From Acidobacteriota bacterium (GTDB lineage Bacteria > Acidobacteriota > Vicinamibacteria > Vicinamibacterales > UBA8438), in contig VXRJ01000019.1 in NCBI GenBank assembly GCA_009838525.1, positions 9,932 through 73,931 of the forward strand: a DNA stretch of 64,000 nucleotides, in the 5' to 3' direction. A program made the translations under genes and the position numbers. The notes beneath the pieces were generated by a model. It ran no database searches and was not told the DNA's origin. It saw nothing but the letters and a program-made list of their open reading frames with translations. Position 1 is the first letter of the stretch. Every line of letters begins with the position of its first letter. Below are positions 35,919 through 44,121 of the stretch, piece after piece.

Positions 35919-36818
35919 CTACCGCGGACCGGGCGCCTCACCCTCGAAAGCCGATCCGTAACCACTCGGCCGATAGGTCGGCGTCAGGTCCGGATCCTTC
36001 CGCAGATGCCCGTACATCACCTCTTCGGAGAACTCCACGCACTTGTACTCGAGAAGCTGCATGTTCTCGTCGATTCGGCGGTAGAGCGGCATCGAGATGG
36101 TCCAGGGCCGTGTGTAAACCTCCGGATCCTCGATGGTCGCCTCGTACATCAGATGGTTCGGGCTGACGGCAGTGTACCGCTCGACCACGTGGATCGAGTT
36201 GCTGTGGTGATTGCCGTTCCGGTCGAGCCAGGTGTCCGGCACCTGGGCGGTCACGTCGATGACCAGGGTCTCGCCATCCCACGAGCCGAGAGAATGCCCC
36301 ATCCACGCGTCGACCGGCGCCTCGAAATCGGGCCGGTTCATGTAGACGACGCGACTGGCGCTGGCAAACTCGTAGGCGAACAGGATGTATTCCTCGGTTT
36401 GCACGATCTGGAATGGATAGGGCTGGTAGGTCGCCCGCGGGATACCCGGCATGTAGCACTTGACGGCGGGATCGCGCTCCACCCAGTACTGCGCGTTCTC
36501 CTGCTGCTGCGCCCGCGCCGCCGCGGTGTACGGGATTTCACCCCCCTCGACGATGCCGAGGCCGCCCGGAACCGAGAAGACCGCGCCCAGCTCGACGACC
36601 GGCCCGTGGCTCGCGGCGTGCGGCTCGATGTTCCAGTGATGGGAACCGATCGCCTGCCAGATCCCGTTCAGGTCAGGGGTCCCGAACGCCGTCCGCGGCG
36701 CCTGGTAGTCCTGCCCTTCCAACTCCGTAGTCCCGACCGAGAAGATCATCGCCACCGCCGCGACGGTGGCTACCGCGGCCGCGGCCAATGTACCGTTGAA
36801 ACTGCTCCGATTTCGCAT
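35919..36818 (-). CDS. N-terminally anchored periplasmic protein of unknown function
   Basis: ATG MRNRSSFNGTLAAAAVATVAAVAMIFSV; the track starts at GTG 36845. Conserved-looking blocks GTPDLNGIWQA, KCYMPGIPR, WDGETLVIDVT, LDRNGNHHS, DPEVYTRPW. No family name recalled. Confidence 0.7.
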   Translation of the reverse strand: MRNRSSFNGTLAAAAVATVAAVAMIFSVGTTELEGQDYQAPRTAFGTPDLNGIWQAIGSHHWNIEPHAASHGPVVELGAVFSVPGGLGIVEGGEIPYTAAARAQQQENAQYWVERDPAVKCYMPGIPRATYQPYPFQIVQTEEYILFAYEFASASRVVYMNRPDFEAPVDAWMGHSLGSWDGETLVIDVTAQVPDTWLDRNGNHHSNSIHVVERYTAVSPNHLMYEATIEDPEVYTRPWTISMPLYRRIDENMQLLEYKCVEFSEEVMYGHLRKDPDLTPTYRPSGYGSAFEGEAPGPR

Positions 36819-36937
36819 CTCAGGATGTCTCCCGGCCAAGTCCACCAGACGGCATCATGCCGCCGGCCGCCAGCCGCTGGTCCGGCGCCCCGCAAGGGCA
36901 GCCGGAATGTCTCGCCCAGTGTTCGTTCAGGGTGAAC

Positions 36938-36980
36938 GATATAAACCGCTTCCCTCAGTGTCAAGGCCGACCAGTGTCAA
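36938..36980 (-). promoter_or_regulatory. Promoter-like element: duplicated TTGACA followed by AT-rich TTTATATC
   Basis: Minus strand reads TTGACActggtcggccTTGACActgagggaagcggTTTATATCg. The spacer from the proximal TTGACA is 14-15 nt, which is suboptimal. Confidence 0.3.
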
Positions 36981-37020
36981 GGCCGGCCGCCCCGAGGCCG
37001 CGCCGGCCGCCCCGAGGCCG
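36956..37020. repeat. Two adjacent tandem duplications: cagtgtcaaggccg x2 (period 16) and gccggccgccccgaggccg x2 (period 20)
   Basis: Copies at 36956-36969 and 36972-36985, and at 36982-37000 and 37002-37020. They lie in the 186-nt spacer inside the cluster. Confidence 0.8.
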
Positions 37021-37031
37021 CCCGTCGCCCC

Positions 37032-37511
37032 CTAGGACAGGAGGCCGATCAGCCGCGCGCCGATGGCGACTCCGGTCCAGATCGAAATCGAGAACATCCC
37101 GGCCACCTTCGGCCAGACCGGCCCGAGCTTCGCCTCGTCGGTGAGCGTGATCTTCCGGCGGATCGTGAAGGTGAACACCAGGCCCAACAGGAGCAACTCC
37201 ATCTTCCACCAGAAGAAGGGACTGTAGTACTGCTTGAGGGCGGTCGACATCACGGACGGCCAGCCCGTGATGAGAAGCGCCACCATCCCCCAGATCATCC
37301 ACGGCATGGCGTCGGAAGCGACCTTGGCGAGAGGAACGCGCGTCAGGCCGACACCGAGCAACCGCAGGTCGACCACCAGCACCGCGCCGGCGAACACCGA
37401 GAGGGCGACCAGGTGCATTACCTGCACGATTGGCGCGAACCAGGTGTTGTTGAGGATGTACGCGCTGAACGCGTGTTCCTGCATCCAGAAGAAGAACGGT
37501 TCGAGTGACAT
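37032..37511 (-). CDS. 4-TM membrane protein of unknown function, paralog B
   Basis: 159 aa with an AGGAGCAGG SD. Shares H-x6-FAG-x5-DLRL-x-G-x-G and FWxK motifs with the upstream gene. Confidence 0.75.
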   Translation of the reverse strand: MSLEPFFFWMQEHAFSAYILNNTWFAPIVQVMHLVALSVFAGAVLVVDLRLLGVGLTRVPLAKVASDAMPWMIWGMVALLITGWPSVMSTALKQYYSPFFWWKMELLLLGLVFTFTIRRKITLTDEAKLGPVWPKVAGMFSISIWTGVAIGARLIGLLS

Positions 37512-37547
37512 GCGCCTGCTCCTGCCCTGGGAGTCCGTGGTGAAACC

Positions 37548-38066
37548 CTAGAGGTTCAGATCCTTCCACCACTGCGGTACGAGGTCGGCGTAGGCGATCA
37601 TCCGGCCGACGACGATGATTGATGCCCAGAACGCAATTGAGAGGGCGCCCGCCATTCGCGCGGCCGGCGGCGGCGTCCGGTCATTGTCCCAGCGCGACAC
37701 CGACTGGTACGTAGTCGCGTGGAAGTACCACATGTTGAGGCCCGCCAGCACGAGCAGCAGGTTCTTCATCCAGAAGTAGAAATTCGTATAGAACCGCATC
37801 GGGTCGCTGTAGAGGAGCAGCAGACCGGTCACGATGCTGATGGCGAAGCCCAGCATCTGCCAGGGGAAGAGGCGGCGCTGCACGTCGGTGACCGAGCTGT
37901 TGAAGTTGCCGATGCCGGCGAGGCGCAGGTCCATCATCAGGATCAGACCGGCGAACATGCACATGCCGATGACATGCGAAGTCAGCATGATCGGATAGGC
38001 ATTGAGCGACTCCCGGAGAGCCACGCTCGACTCCAGGGCGCCAGCCCATTCGAAGAGATCACGCAT
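37548..38066 (-). CDS. 4-TM membrane protein of unknown function, paralog A
   Basis: 172 aa. SHVIGMCMFAGLILMMDLRLAGIG...FYFWMKNLLLVLAGL...VGRMIAY. Confidence 0.75.
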   Translation of the reverse strand: MRDLFEWAGALESSVALRESLNAYPIMLTSHVIGMCMFAGLILMMDLRLAGIGNFNSSVTDVQRRLFPWQMLGFAISIVTGLLLLYSDPMRFYTNFYFWMKNLLLVLAGLNMWYFHATTYQSVSRWDNDRTPPPAARMAGALSIAFWASIIVVGRMIAYADLVPQWWKDLNL

Positions 38067-38114
38067 GTCGGGTGTTCTCGGAACGCTGCGGAACTGGGAA
38101 GTATCGCGTTGATG

Positions 38115-38660
38115 CTAGGGAACGCAGCGCGCCTTCGGCGGATCCGTATAACTGTCGCGATAGACGCTGTGGCAGTTGGAGCAGGCTTCGGCGACGTCGC
38201 CCGTAATGAACAGCACTTCGTCTTCGTCATATACCCGGCGGCGCGCCCACTCGGCCGCGGCCAGACCCACTTCGCGCAGTCGCGCGGTGTGCTGTTTCCA
38301 ATCGTCCCGCTCAATGGGAACCGGCTCGCCGTTGCGGGCCGGATCGTCATCGACGTTCTCGCACTGGCGCGGCAACGTGATCAGGTTGGCCGACTCCGCC
38401 AGGGCTATGGCGGCATTCTCCACCTGCTCCCAGCCGGTGTAGATGCCGGAAAAGCGTGCCGTCGTCGAATCCCCCGCCGCCGCCTCCACCGGCGCGCCCG
38501 GATCCGCCGACTGTGCGTCGAAAATGATGTTGGAATTGGGGAACAGGATGCTGCGCATCACCTCGGCCAAATCTCCCGACGCCTCCGGCGGGGGATCCTG
38601 CTGCGCAGCTACCGGAACGGCGCCCAGCAGCAACACCACGAACACGCTCAGTACACGCAT
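38115..38660 (-). CDS. Class II (cytochrome c'-like) c-type cytochrome, secreted
   Basis: 181 aa with signal peptide. Single CxxCH close to the C-terminus (EACSNCHSVYRD), as in four-helix-bundle cytochromes c'. GGAGG SD. Confidence 0.7.
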   Translation of the reverse strand: MRVLSVFVVLLLGAVPVAAQQDPPPEASGDLAEVMRSILFPNSNIIFDAQSADPGAPVEAAAGDSTTARFSGIYTGWEQVENAAIALAESANLITLPRQCENVDDDPARNGEPVPIERDDWKQHTARLREVGLAAAEWARRRVYDEDEVLFITGDVAEACSNCHSVYRDSYTDPPKARCVP

Positions 38661-38820
38661 TGGTCGACTCCTCCGTACAGACTGTGCCCGATGCCTCGGC
38701 GCGCAGTGTACCCCGGCCTCCGAAAGGGGGTCAACTTACACGATCCTGAACGCGGGCGGCTGGCGGAGCGGGACCGGTGCGGTGTAGTCTTACAGCGAGT
38801 CCGTCCGGTAACGAGGAGGC

Positions 38821-39258
38821 GTGATCGTGTCCAATCTGACGCGTAAGGTGCTTGTTCTGGCCGCCCTCTGCGCGGCGTTCGCCCTGATCCTGGTGGCCGC
38901 GTCATCGGCCCCGCTCGCGGCGGCGAATGCCCCCGCGGCGACCACCACCGCCGCCCAGGACAACCCGGTCGAGGCGACGGACGAGTCGATTGCGGCCGGA
39001 CGGCAGGTCTACGGGCGCTTCTGCCGCTCCTGCCATGGCATGCGGGGAGACGGACGCGGGATGGCGGCGCCGGCGGGTTCGCGGCCGGCCAACCTGATCG
39101 ACGATCAGTGGGATCACGGCGATACCGACGCCGCGATGTACAAGGTCATTCGCGAGGGCGTGCCCCCGAAGTACGACATGGACGCCTGGGAAGGCCGGAT
39201 CACCGACGACGAGATCTGGCACGTCATCAACTACCTGCGCGACCTCGCCTCCGAATAG
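38821..39258 (+). CDS. Class I c-type cytochrome, membrane-anchored or secreted
   Basis: 145 aa. GRQVYGRFCRSCHGMRGDG. The likely true start is the second GTG at 38827, 7 nt after GGAGG. Confidence 0.8.
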   Translation: MIVSNLTRKVLVLAALCAAFALILVAASSAPLAAANAPAATTTAAQDNPVEATDESIAAGRQVYGRFCRSCHGMRGDGRGMAAPAGSRPANLIDDQWDHGDTDAAMYKVIREGVPPKYDMDAWEGRITDDEIWHVINYLRDLASE

Positions 39259-39277
39259 CGGAGGCATCGGGCAACCG

Positions 39278-41170
39278 ATGAGACCGCAACCAGCCCGCGT
39301 CCCGCACGCCGCCAGCGTGGCAGGCGGCATGGTCGTCGCCGCGCTGCTGGCGGTAGCTGCCCTGCCCGCCGCCACCCCACGCATCGATCTCGACGAGATC
39401 GAGCCGGGAATGCGGGGCGTCGGCGTCACTGTCTTCAGCGGCACGGCGCGCGAGGAATTCGGTGTCGAGGTGCTGGGCGTCATCAACAACGTGATGGGCC
39501 CCCGGCGATCGCTCATCATCGTGCGCCTCGATGGCGGGCCGCTCGCCGAGACTGGCGTCATCCAGGGAATGAGCGGCAGCCCGGTCTATTTCGACGAACG
39601 ACTGGCGGGAGCGCTTTCCTACTCGCTCGGATCGTTCGCGAAGGAACCCATCGCCGGCATCACGCCGATCGGAGAGATGGTCGCCACCGACGCCACGCCG
39701 ATGCAGGTGGCGCGGCGGCGCGCGTCGGCCATTGCTTTCGCGGACGGTGACCGCGTGCATCTGGCGGCCGCCATGAGGCGGGCGTTTGCGCGGACCGAAC
39801 CGTTCGCCGGGCGGCCGGACGATGTCCGCGCCACGGGTCTGAACGCCGGCGAGGCCGCGCGGCTGGGCACGCAGCTCCAGCCTATCGCGACCCCAGTGCT
39901 CCTGAGCGGATTCGTCCCGGAAGTGATCGACCTGTGGGCCAGCGCGTTCGATGGCAGCGGCTTCGTCACCACCATCGGCGGAGCCGCGGCGGGCGCGGCC
40001 ACGCAATCGAACGGCGACGGGGCGCCGCTCGAACCGGGCGACGCGGTCGGGGCGACATTGATGCGCGGCGACTTCGCGATGACCGGCACCGGCACCGTCA
40101 CGATGGTCGACGAGGACCGTGTCTATGCCTTCGGCCATCCCTTCTACAACCTGGGCCGCGCGTCGCTGCCGATGACGCGCGCCCGCGTCACCACGGTGCT
40201 GCCCAGCCTGGCGATCTCGTCGAAGATCACCGCCATCGGCGACACCGTCGGTACCATCGATCAGGACCGGTCGACCGGGATCTACGGCAGTTTGGGCGGC
40301 GGACCGACCCTGATTCCGATCGACGTCACGTTGGCCGCGGCGGACCGGGAGTTGACCGAGTCCTTCGCGTTCGAAGTGATCGAGGACCCCTTCTTCACGC
40401 CGACGCTTGCGCTGACCGGACTGCTCAACACGCTGCTGTCGTGGACGGAGGACCTGTCGTCCGCCAGCACGCTGGAGGTTACCGGCGCCATACATCTCCG
40501 GGACGGGCATGACCCAATCCGGCTGCACAACGTCTATGCCGGCAACGGGGCCGCTCTCAGCGCCGCCGTGTCGGCCGCGGCGCCGCTCTCGACGCTGCTC
40601 GGCAATCGCTTCCTGCCGGTGGAGCTCGACCGCATCGAACTCGGCATCACTACGCGGGAAACGCCCCGCACCGCGCGGCTGGAGCGGGTACGCGTCGATG
40701 CGCCCCGCCCGCGGGCGGGCGACACGCTGCCCGTCACGGTCTCGGCCCGCACCGCGGAGGGCGAGCTGATCGTCGAGACCGTCAGCGTAAGACTGCCTCG
40801 CGACTTGACCGGCCGGGTGCAGATCCTGGTGGCGGACGCGGAGACTCTCCAGACCCGCGACGCTTCCGCCGGCCGGCAGCCACAGCAAGCCCGTTCGATA
40901 ACGCAGTTGATCCGTGCGCTGAACCGGACCCGCCAGCAGGACCGCTTCTACGTGCAACTGCTCGCGGCACGGCCGGGCGCCGTGGTGCGCGGCCAGCCGC
41001 AGGTGGCGCTCCCCTCGTCGGTGCGCGCCGTTCTTGATGGCGACCGCGCCGGCGGCGACGTGACGCCGCTCACTGAAGCCACGCTCGGCGAGTGGGACGT
41101 GCCGACGGGCCACGTCGTTTCCGGCTCTCGCCTGATCACGCTGACCGTCGAGCCGGCCGGGTCGGGATGA
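39278..41170 (+). CDS. Peptidase S55 (SpoIVB-like) domain protein, secreted
   Basis: 630 aa. GVIQGMSGSPVYFDERLAGA near the N-terminus. GTGTVTMVDEDRVYAFGHPFYNLG block about 185 aa later. Confidence 0.75.
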   Translation: MRPQPARVPHAASVAGGMVVAALLAVAALPAATPRIDLDEIEPGMRGVGVTVFSGTAREEFGVEVLGVINNVMGPRRSLIIVRLDGGPLAETGVIQGMSGSPVYFDERLAGALSYSLGSFAKEPIAGITPIGEMVATDATPMQVARRRASAIAFADGDRVHLAAAMRRAFARTEPFAGRPDDVRATGLNAGEAARLGTQLQPIATPVLLSGFVPEVIDLWASAFDGSGFVTTIGGAAAGAATQSNGDGAPLEPGDAVGATLMRGDFAMTGTGTVTMVDEDRVYAFGHPFYNLGRASLPMTRARVTTVLPSLAISSKITAIGDTVGTIDQDRSTGIYGSLGGGPTLIPIDVTLAAADRELTESFAFEVIEDPFFTPTLALTGLLNTLLSWTEDLSSASTLEVTGAIHLRDGHDPIRLHNVYAGNGAALSAAVSAAAPLSTLLGNRFLPVELDRIELGITTRETPRTARLERVRVDAPRPRAGDTLPVTVSARTAEGELIVETVSVRLPRDLTGRVQILVADAETLQTRDASAGRQPQQARSITQLIRALNRTRQQDRFYVQLLAARPGAVVRGQPQVALPSSVRAVLDGDRAGGDVTPLTEATLGEWDVPTGHVVSGSRLITLTVEPAGSG

Positions 41171-43329
41171 GCCACCGCGCGGCCGGCCCAGTCGCTTTGC
41201 TCCTCGCCGTCTTCGCGGCGTTCGCCGCCCACGCCGCGTCGCCGGTCTTCTGGAGCGTATCGACGCAAGAGGAGTTCCTGGAAGGAGATGCGGAGAACAT
41301 CTCCATCGATGCCGACGGGCGCCTGCGGATCGGTCCGGGCGCCGAGACCATCCACGACGCGGACGCGCCGTTTCTCTGGACGGTGGTGCGTGCCGGCGAC
41401 GTGCTCTGGATCGCAGGCGGATCGGGCGACGAGACCGGAGGTCTGATCCGGCGGATCGATGCGGATGGCAGCGCGGAAACGCCGTGGCGGGACAGTGGAT
41501 TCGATGTGCATGCGCTCGCGCCTGACGGTGACGGCGGCGTGTATGCCGCGACGTCGCCCGACGGCCAGGTCCTCGCCATCGACGCGAACGGTTCGACCCG
41601 GAACTGGTTCGACCCGGACGAGACGTACGTGTGGGCCTTGGCCACGCAGTCCAACGGAACGCTGTTCGTCGGTACCGGCAACCCGGGACGCATCTACCGG
41701 GTAGCGCCTGACGGAACGGCGGCGCTCTTCTACGACACGGGCGCGACGCATGTCCGCGCCCTTGCCATCGATTCGGCGGGACGCCTGCTGGCCGGCGCCG
41801 GCTCGCCAGGGCACCTGTTCCGGATCGATGCCGACGGAGAGGCTTTCGTCCTGCTCGACTCCGGACGTGAGGAGATCGTGTCGATCCGCGAGAGTGACGA
41901 CGGCGTGATGCTGGTCACCGCAGCCGGCCAGGCCTCCGAGACCGCCGGCGGCGCATCGTCCCCCGGCGCCGTGGCGAGCGCCGCCACCGCGGCAACGGCG
42001 GTCATCTCCGCCAGCTCCGCCGGGGGGACCGGCAACGCCGGCCCCGGCGGGGCCGTGTACCGGATCGCCCCGGATGGGGTCTGGGACATCGTCTGGGACT
42101 CGACCGAGGCCACGCCCTACGACGCGGTGCACGATGCGGGCGGCGGCATCGTCATCGGCACCGGCCCGGACGGCAAGCTCTTCCGCGTTGTGGGCGAACC
42201 GCCCACCACCACCCTGCTCACTACCGCCGAGGCGCAGCAGGTAACCGGATTCGCCACCGAGCCGGACGGACGCATTGCCTGGACCACCGCGAACCCGGGG
42301 GCGGTCTACCGGATGGCGCCGACACTGGCCGGCACGGGCAGCTATCTCTCCGCCGTCCATGACGCGGAGACGATAGCGACGTGGGGAGTGATCCGCTGGC
42401 GCGCCACCACGCCGGAGGGCGGCAGCATCCGGCTGCAGACCCGCTCCGGCAACACGGCGACTCCGGGGGACACGTGGAGCGCGTGGTCCGAACCCTATGA
42501 CGCAGCGGATGGCGCGGCGATCACGAGTCCCCGGGCGCGCTACCTGCAATGGCGGGCCGAACTGCGCGCATCGGGTGAGACGCCGATTCTGCGCTCCGTC
42601 ACCGCCGCCTATCTCCCGCGCAACCTCGCGCCGGAGATTACGCGGCTGACCTTGCACGCACCCGGACGCGTCTACCAGCAGACCGCGACGGCAGGCGATC
42701 CGCCGATCGCCGGCCTGAATGGCGGCCGGGATCCCGCGGCGCAGCCGAACGGCGGCGCGGCGTCAATCGGGACGCCGCTCGGCCGCCAGGTTTACCGCAA
42801 GGGCCTGCAGGCGTTCGCCTGGGAAGCATCCGACCCGAACAACGACGCACTCCGCTACGAAGTGCGGTACCGGGCTGAAACGGAAGACACCTGGCGAGTC
42901 CTCGCCCGGAACCTGGCCGACCGGCTCTTCACGTGGGACACCACGTCAACGCCCGACGGGACGTATGTGGTGCGGATAGTCGCCTCCGACGCTACGGCCA
43001 ACGCCCCGGCGAACGCGCTTACCGCCACGCGGGATACGGCGCCGTTCGATGTCGACAACACGCCGCCGAGGATCGAAGTGGCTGCGACGGACGGGCCGGC
43101 CGGTGGCGAGACCGTGGTCCGTGTCACCGTCACGGATGCGCAGTCCGCCGTCGCGCGCGTGGAATACACGCTCGATGCGGAGTCGTGGCAAGCGATCTAC
43201 CCGATCGACGGGATTCCGGATGGCCGCGAAGAACAGTTCGACGTCACCCTGCCGGTGGACGAACTCGATCGGCTGGTGGTGCGCGCCACGGACGGGATGA
43301 ACAACACGTCGACCGCCGGCGCGCGGTGA
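41167..43329 (+). CDS. Secreted beta-propeller repeat protein with C-terminal Ig-like region, unknown function
   Basis: Start MSHRAAGPVALLLAVFAAFAAHA overlaps the upstream stop (ATGA); the track ORF starts at 41092. Repeats of the type GTGNPGRIYRVAPDG / GAGSPGHLFRIDADG. Confidence 0.75.
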   Translation: MSHRAAGPVALLLAVFAAFAAHAASPVFWSVSTQEEFLEGDAENISIDADGRLRIGPGAETIHDADAPFLWTVVRAGDVLWIAGGSGDETGGLIRRIDADGSAETPWRDSGFDVHALAPDGDGGVYAATSPDGQVLAIDANGSTRNWFDPDETYVWALATQSNGTLFVGTGNPGRIYRVAPDGTAALFYDTGATHVRALAIDSAGRLLAGAGSPGHLFRIDADGEAFVLLDSGREEIVSIRESDDGVMLVTAAGQASETAGGASSPGAVASAATAATAVISASSAGGTGNAGPGGAVYRIAPDGVWDIVWDSTEATPYDAVHDAGGGIVIGTGPDGKLFRVVGEPPTTTLLTTAEAQQVTGFATEPDGRIAWTTANPGAVYRMAPTLAGTGSYLSAVHDAETIATWGVIRWRATTPEGGSIRLQTRSGNTATPGDTWSAWSEPYDAADGAAITSPRARYLQWRAELRASGETPILRSVTAAYLPRNLAPEITRLTLHAPGRVYQQTATAGDPPIAGLNGGRDPAAQPNGGAASIGTPLGRQVYRKGLQAFAWEASDPNNDALRYEVRYRAETEDTWRVLARNLADRLFTWDTTSTPDGTYVVRIVASDATANAPANALTATRDTAPFDVDNTPPRIEVAATDGPAGGETVVRVTVTDAQSAVARVEYTLDAESWQAIYPIDGIPDGREEQFDVTLPVDELDRLVVRATDGMNNTSTAGAR

Positions 43330-43338
43330 CGGCGTCGA

Positions 43339-44121
43339 TCACGCCGCCGGCGACGCGGGAACGGCCCCGAGGTCGGCCGCCATATCACCCTGGATGGTCA
43401 CCTCTTCGACCACCCAGACCATATTGACCGCGACCGGGGCGCCGCGGTATTCCGCCGGCACGAACCGCGAGCCGGCCGCGGACCCGACCAGGCCGGCCCA
43501 ACTGGGAGGCTCCGCTCCGCTCGAGTCGAGCACCTCCAGGACGGAAACGGTCCCCTCCTGCGTCAGCACGAGCGCGAACGTCACCCCGGTGGGATGCCCC
43601 GGCAGCGGGATCGGATCGGGCCGCGACAACAGCAGGGCGTCGGGACTCAGCTGCGGCGTCACCATGCCGGTCCGCAGACCGAGGGGATTCTCGTTCGAGC
43701 CTGGGTTCGAGAGCGACAACAGCCGCGCGGCAAGGGAGCCGGGCTGAGGTACCGAGCCGACAATGCTCGTCGCCAGCAGGGCGCAGACAAGCGTCACCGC
43801 ACAGGCCGCACCCGCCGCCCAGACCAGATGCGGATACTCCGCCAGACGGTGGACGCCAGCCGTACGCGCCACCTCCCGCTCGGCCGCGACACGGCTGAGC
43901 ACCATGTTGCCCGATGCGCGAAGACGCTCCGCGTACTTCGCGTCGATCGGTTCGCCCGCCGCCCGCTTAACCGCCCGGCTGAGGGCGCGCTCCCTCCTCG
44001 CCACGCGGGCGCAACCCGGGCAGTCCGCCAGGTGGTGGTCCACCGCGATCCGGCGAGGGATGGACAATTCGTCGTCCAGGTACGCCGCCAGCCGTCGCCG
44101 ATTGAACCAGCAGGTCAGCAT
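43339..44121 (-). CDS. Anti-sigma factor (zf-HC2) with TonB-C-terminal-like periplasmic domain
   Basis: Start MLTCWFNRRRLAAYLDDEL...HHLADCPGCA (HxxxCxxC). One TM. C-terminal ...FALVLTQEGTVSVLEVLD...FVPAEYRGAPVAV. 7-nt overlap with the sigma gene. Confidence 0.75.
   Translation of the reverse strand: MLTCWFNRRRLAAYLDDELSIPRRIAVDHHLADCPGCARVARRERALSRAVKRAAGEPIDAKYAERLRASGNMVLSRVAAEREVARTAGVHRLAEYPHLVWAAGAACAVTLVCALLATSIVGSVPQPGSLAARLLSLSNPGSNENPLGLRTGMVTPQLSPDALLLSRPDPIPLPGHPTGVTFALVLTQEGTVSVLEVLDSSGAEPPSWAGLVGSAAGSRFVPAEYRGAPVAVNMVWVVEEVTIQGDMAADLGAVPASPAA

Noticed and set aside
36956-37020. CRISPR array or other multi-copy repeat locus.
   Set aside because: The window contains only two-copy tandem duplications, with units of 14-24 nt and periods of 16-32 nt: 14 and 19 nt at this locus, 16 nt at 25927, 24 nt at 11538. 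There is no repeat-spacer periodicity and no cas gene.
35900-38100. Lower GC content as evidence that the unknown-function cluster is a horizontally acquired island.
   Set aside because: Hand counts of sampled 60-nt lines give about 50-63% here, against about 70-78% in the carboxylase genes for example. Other ordinary genes are just as low (the YVTN propeller near 47.0 kb gave about 53% in one line). The signal is not specific and needs a proper sliding-window and codon-usage calculation.
39227-42657. 628-aa (39227-41113) and 569-aa (40948-42657) minus-strand ORFs antisense to the S55 and propeller genes.
   Set aside because: Arg-rich low complexity. The plus-strand genes have signal peptides, conserved motifs and ATGA coupling.
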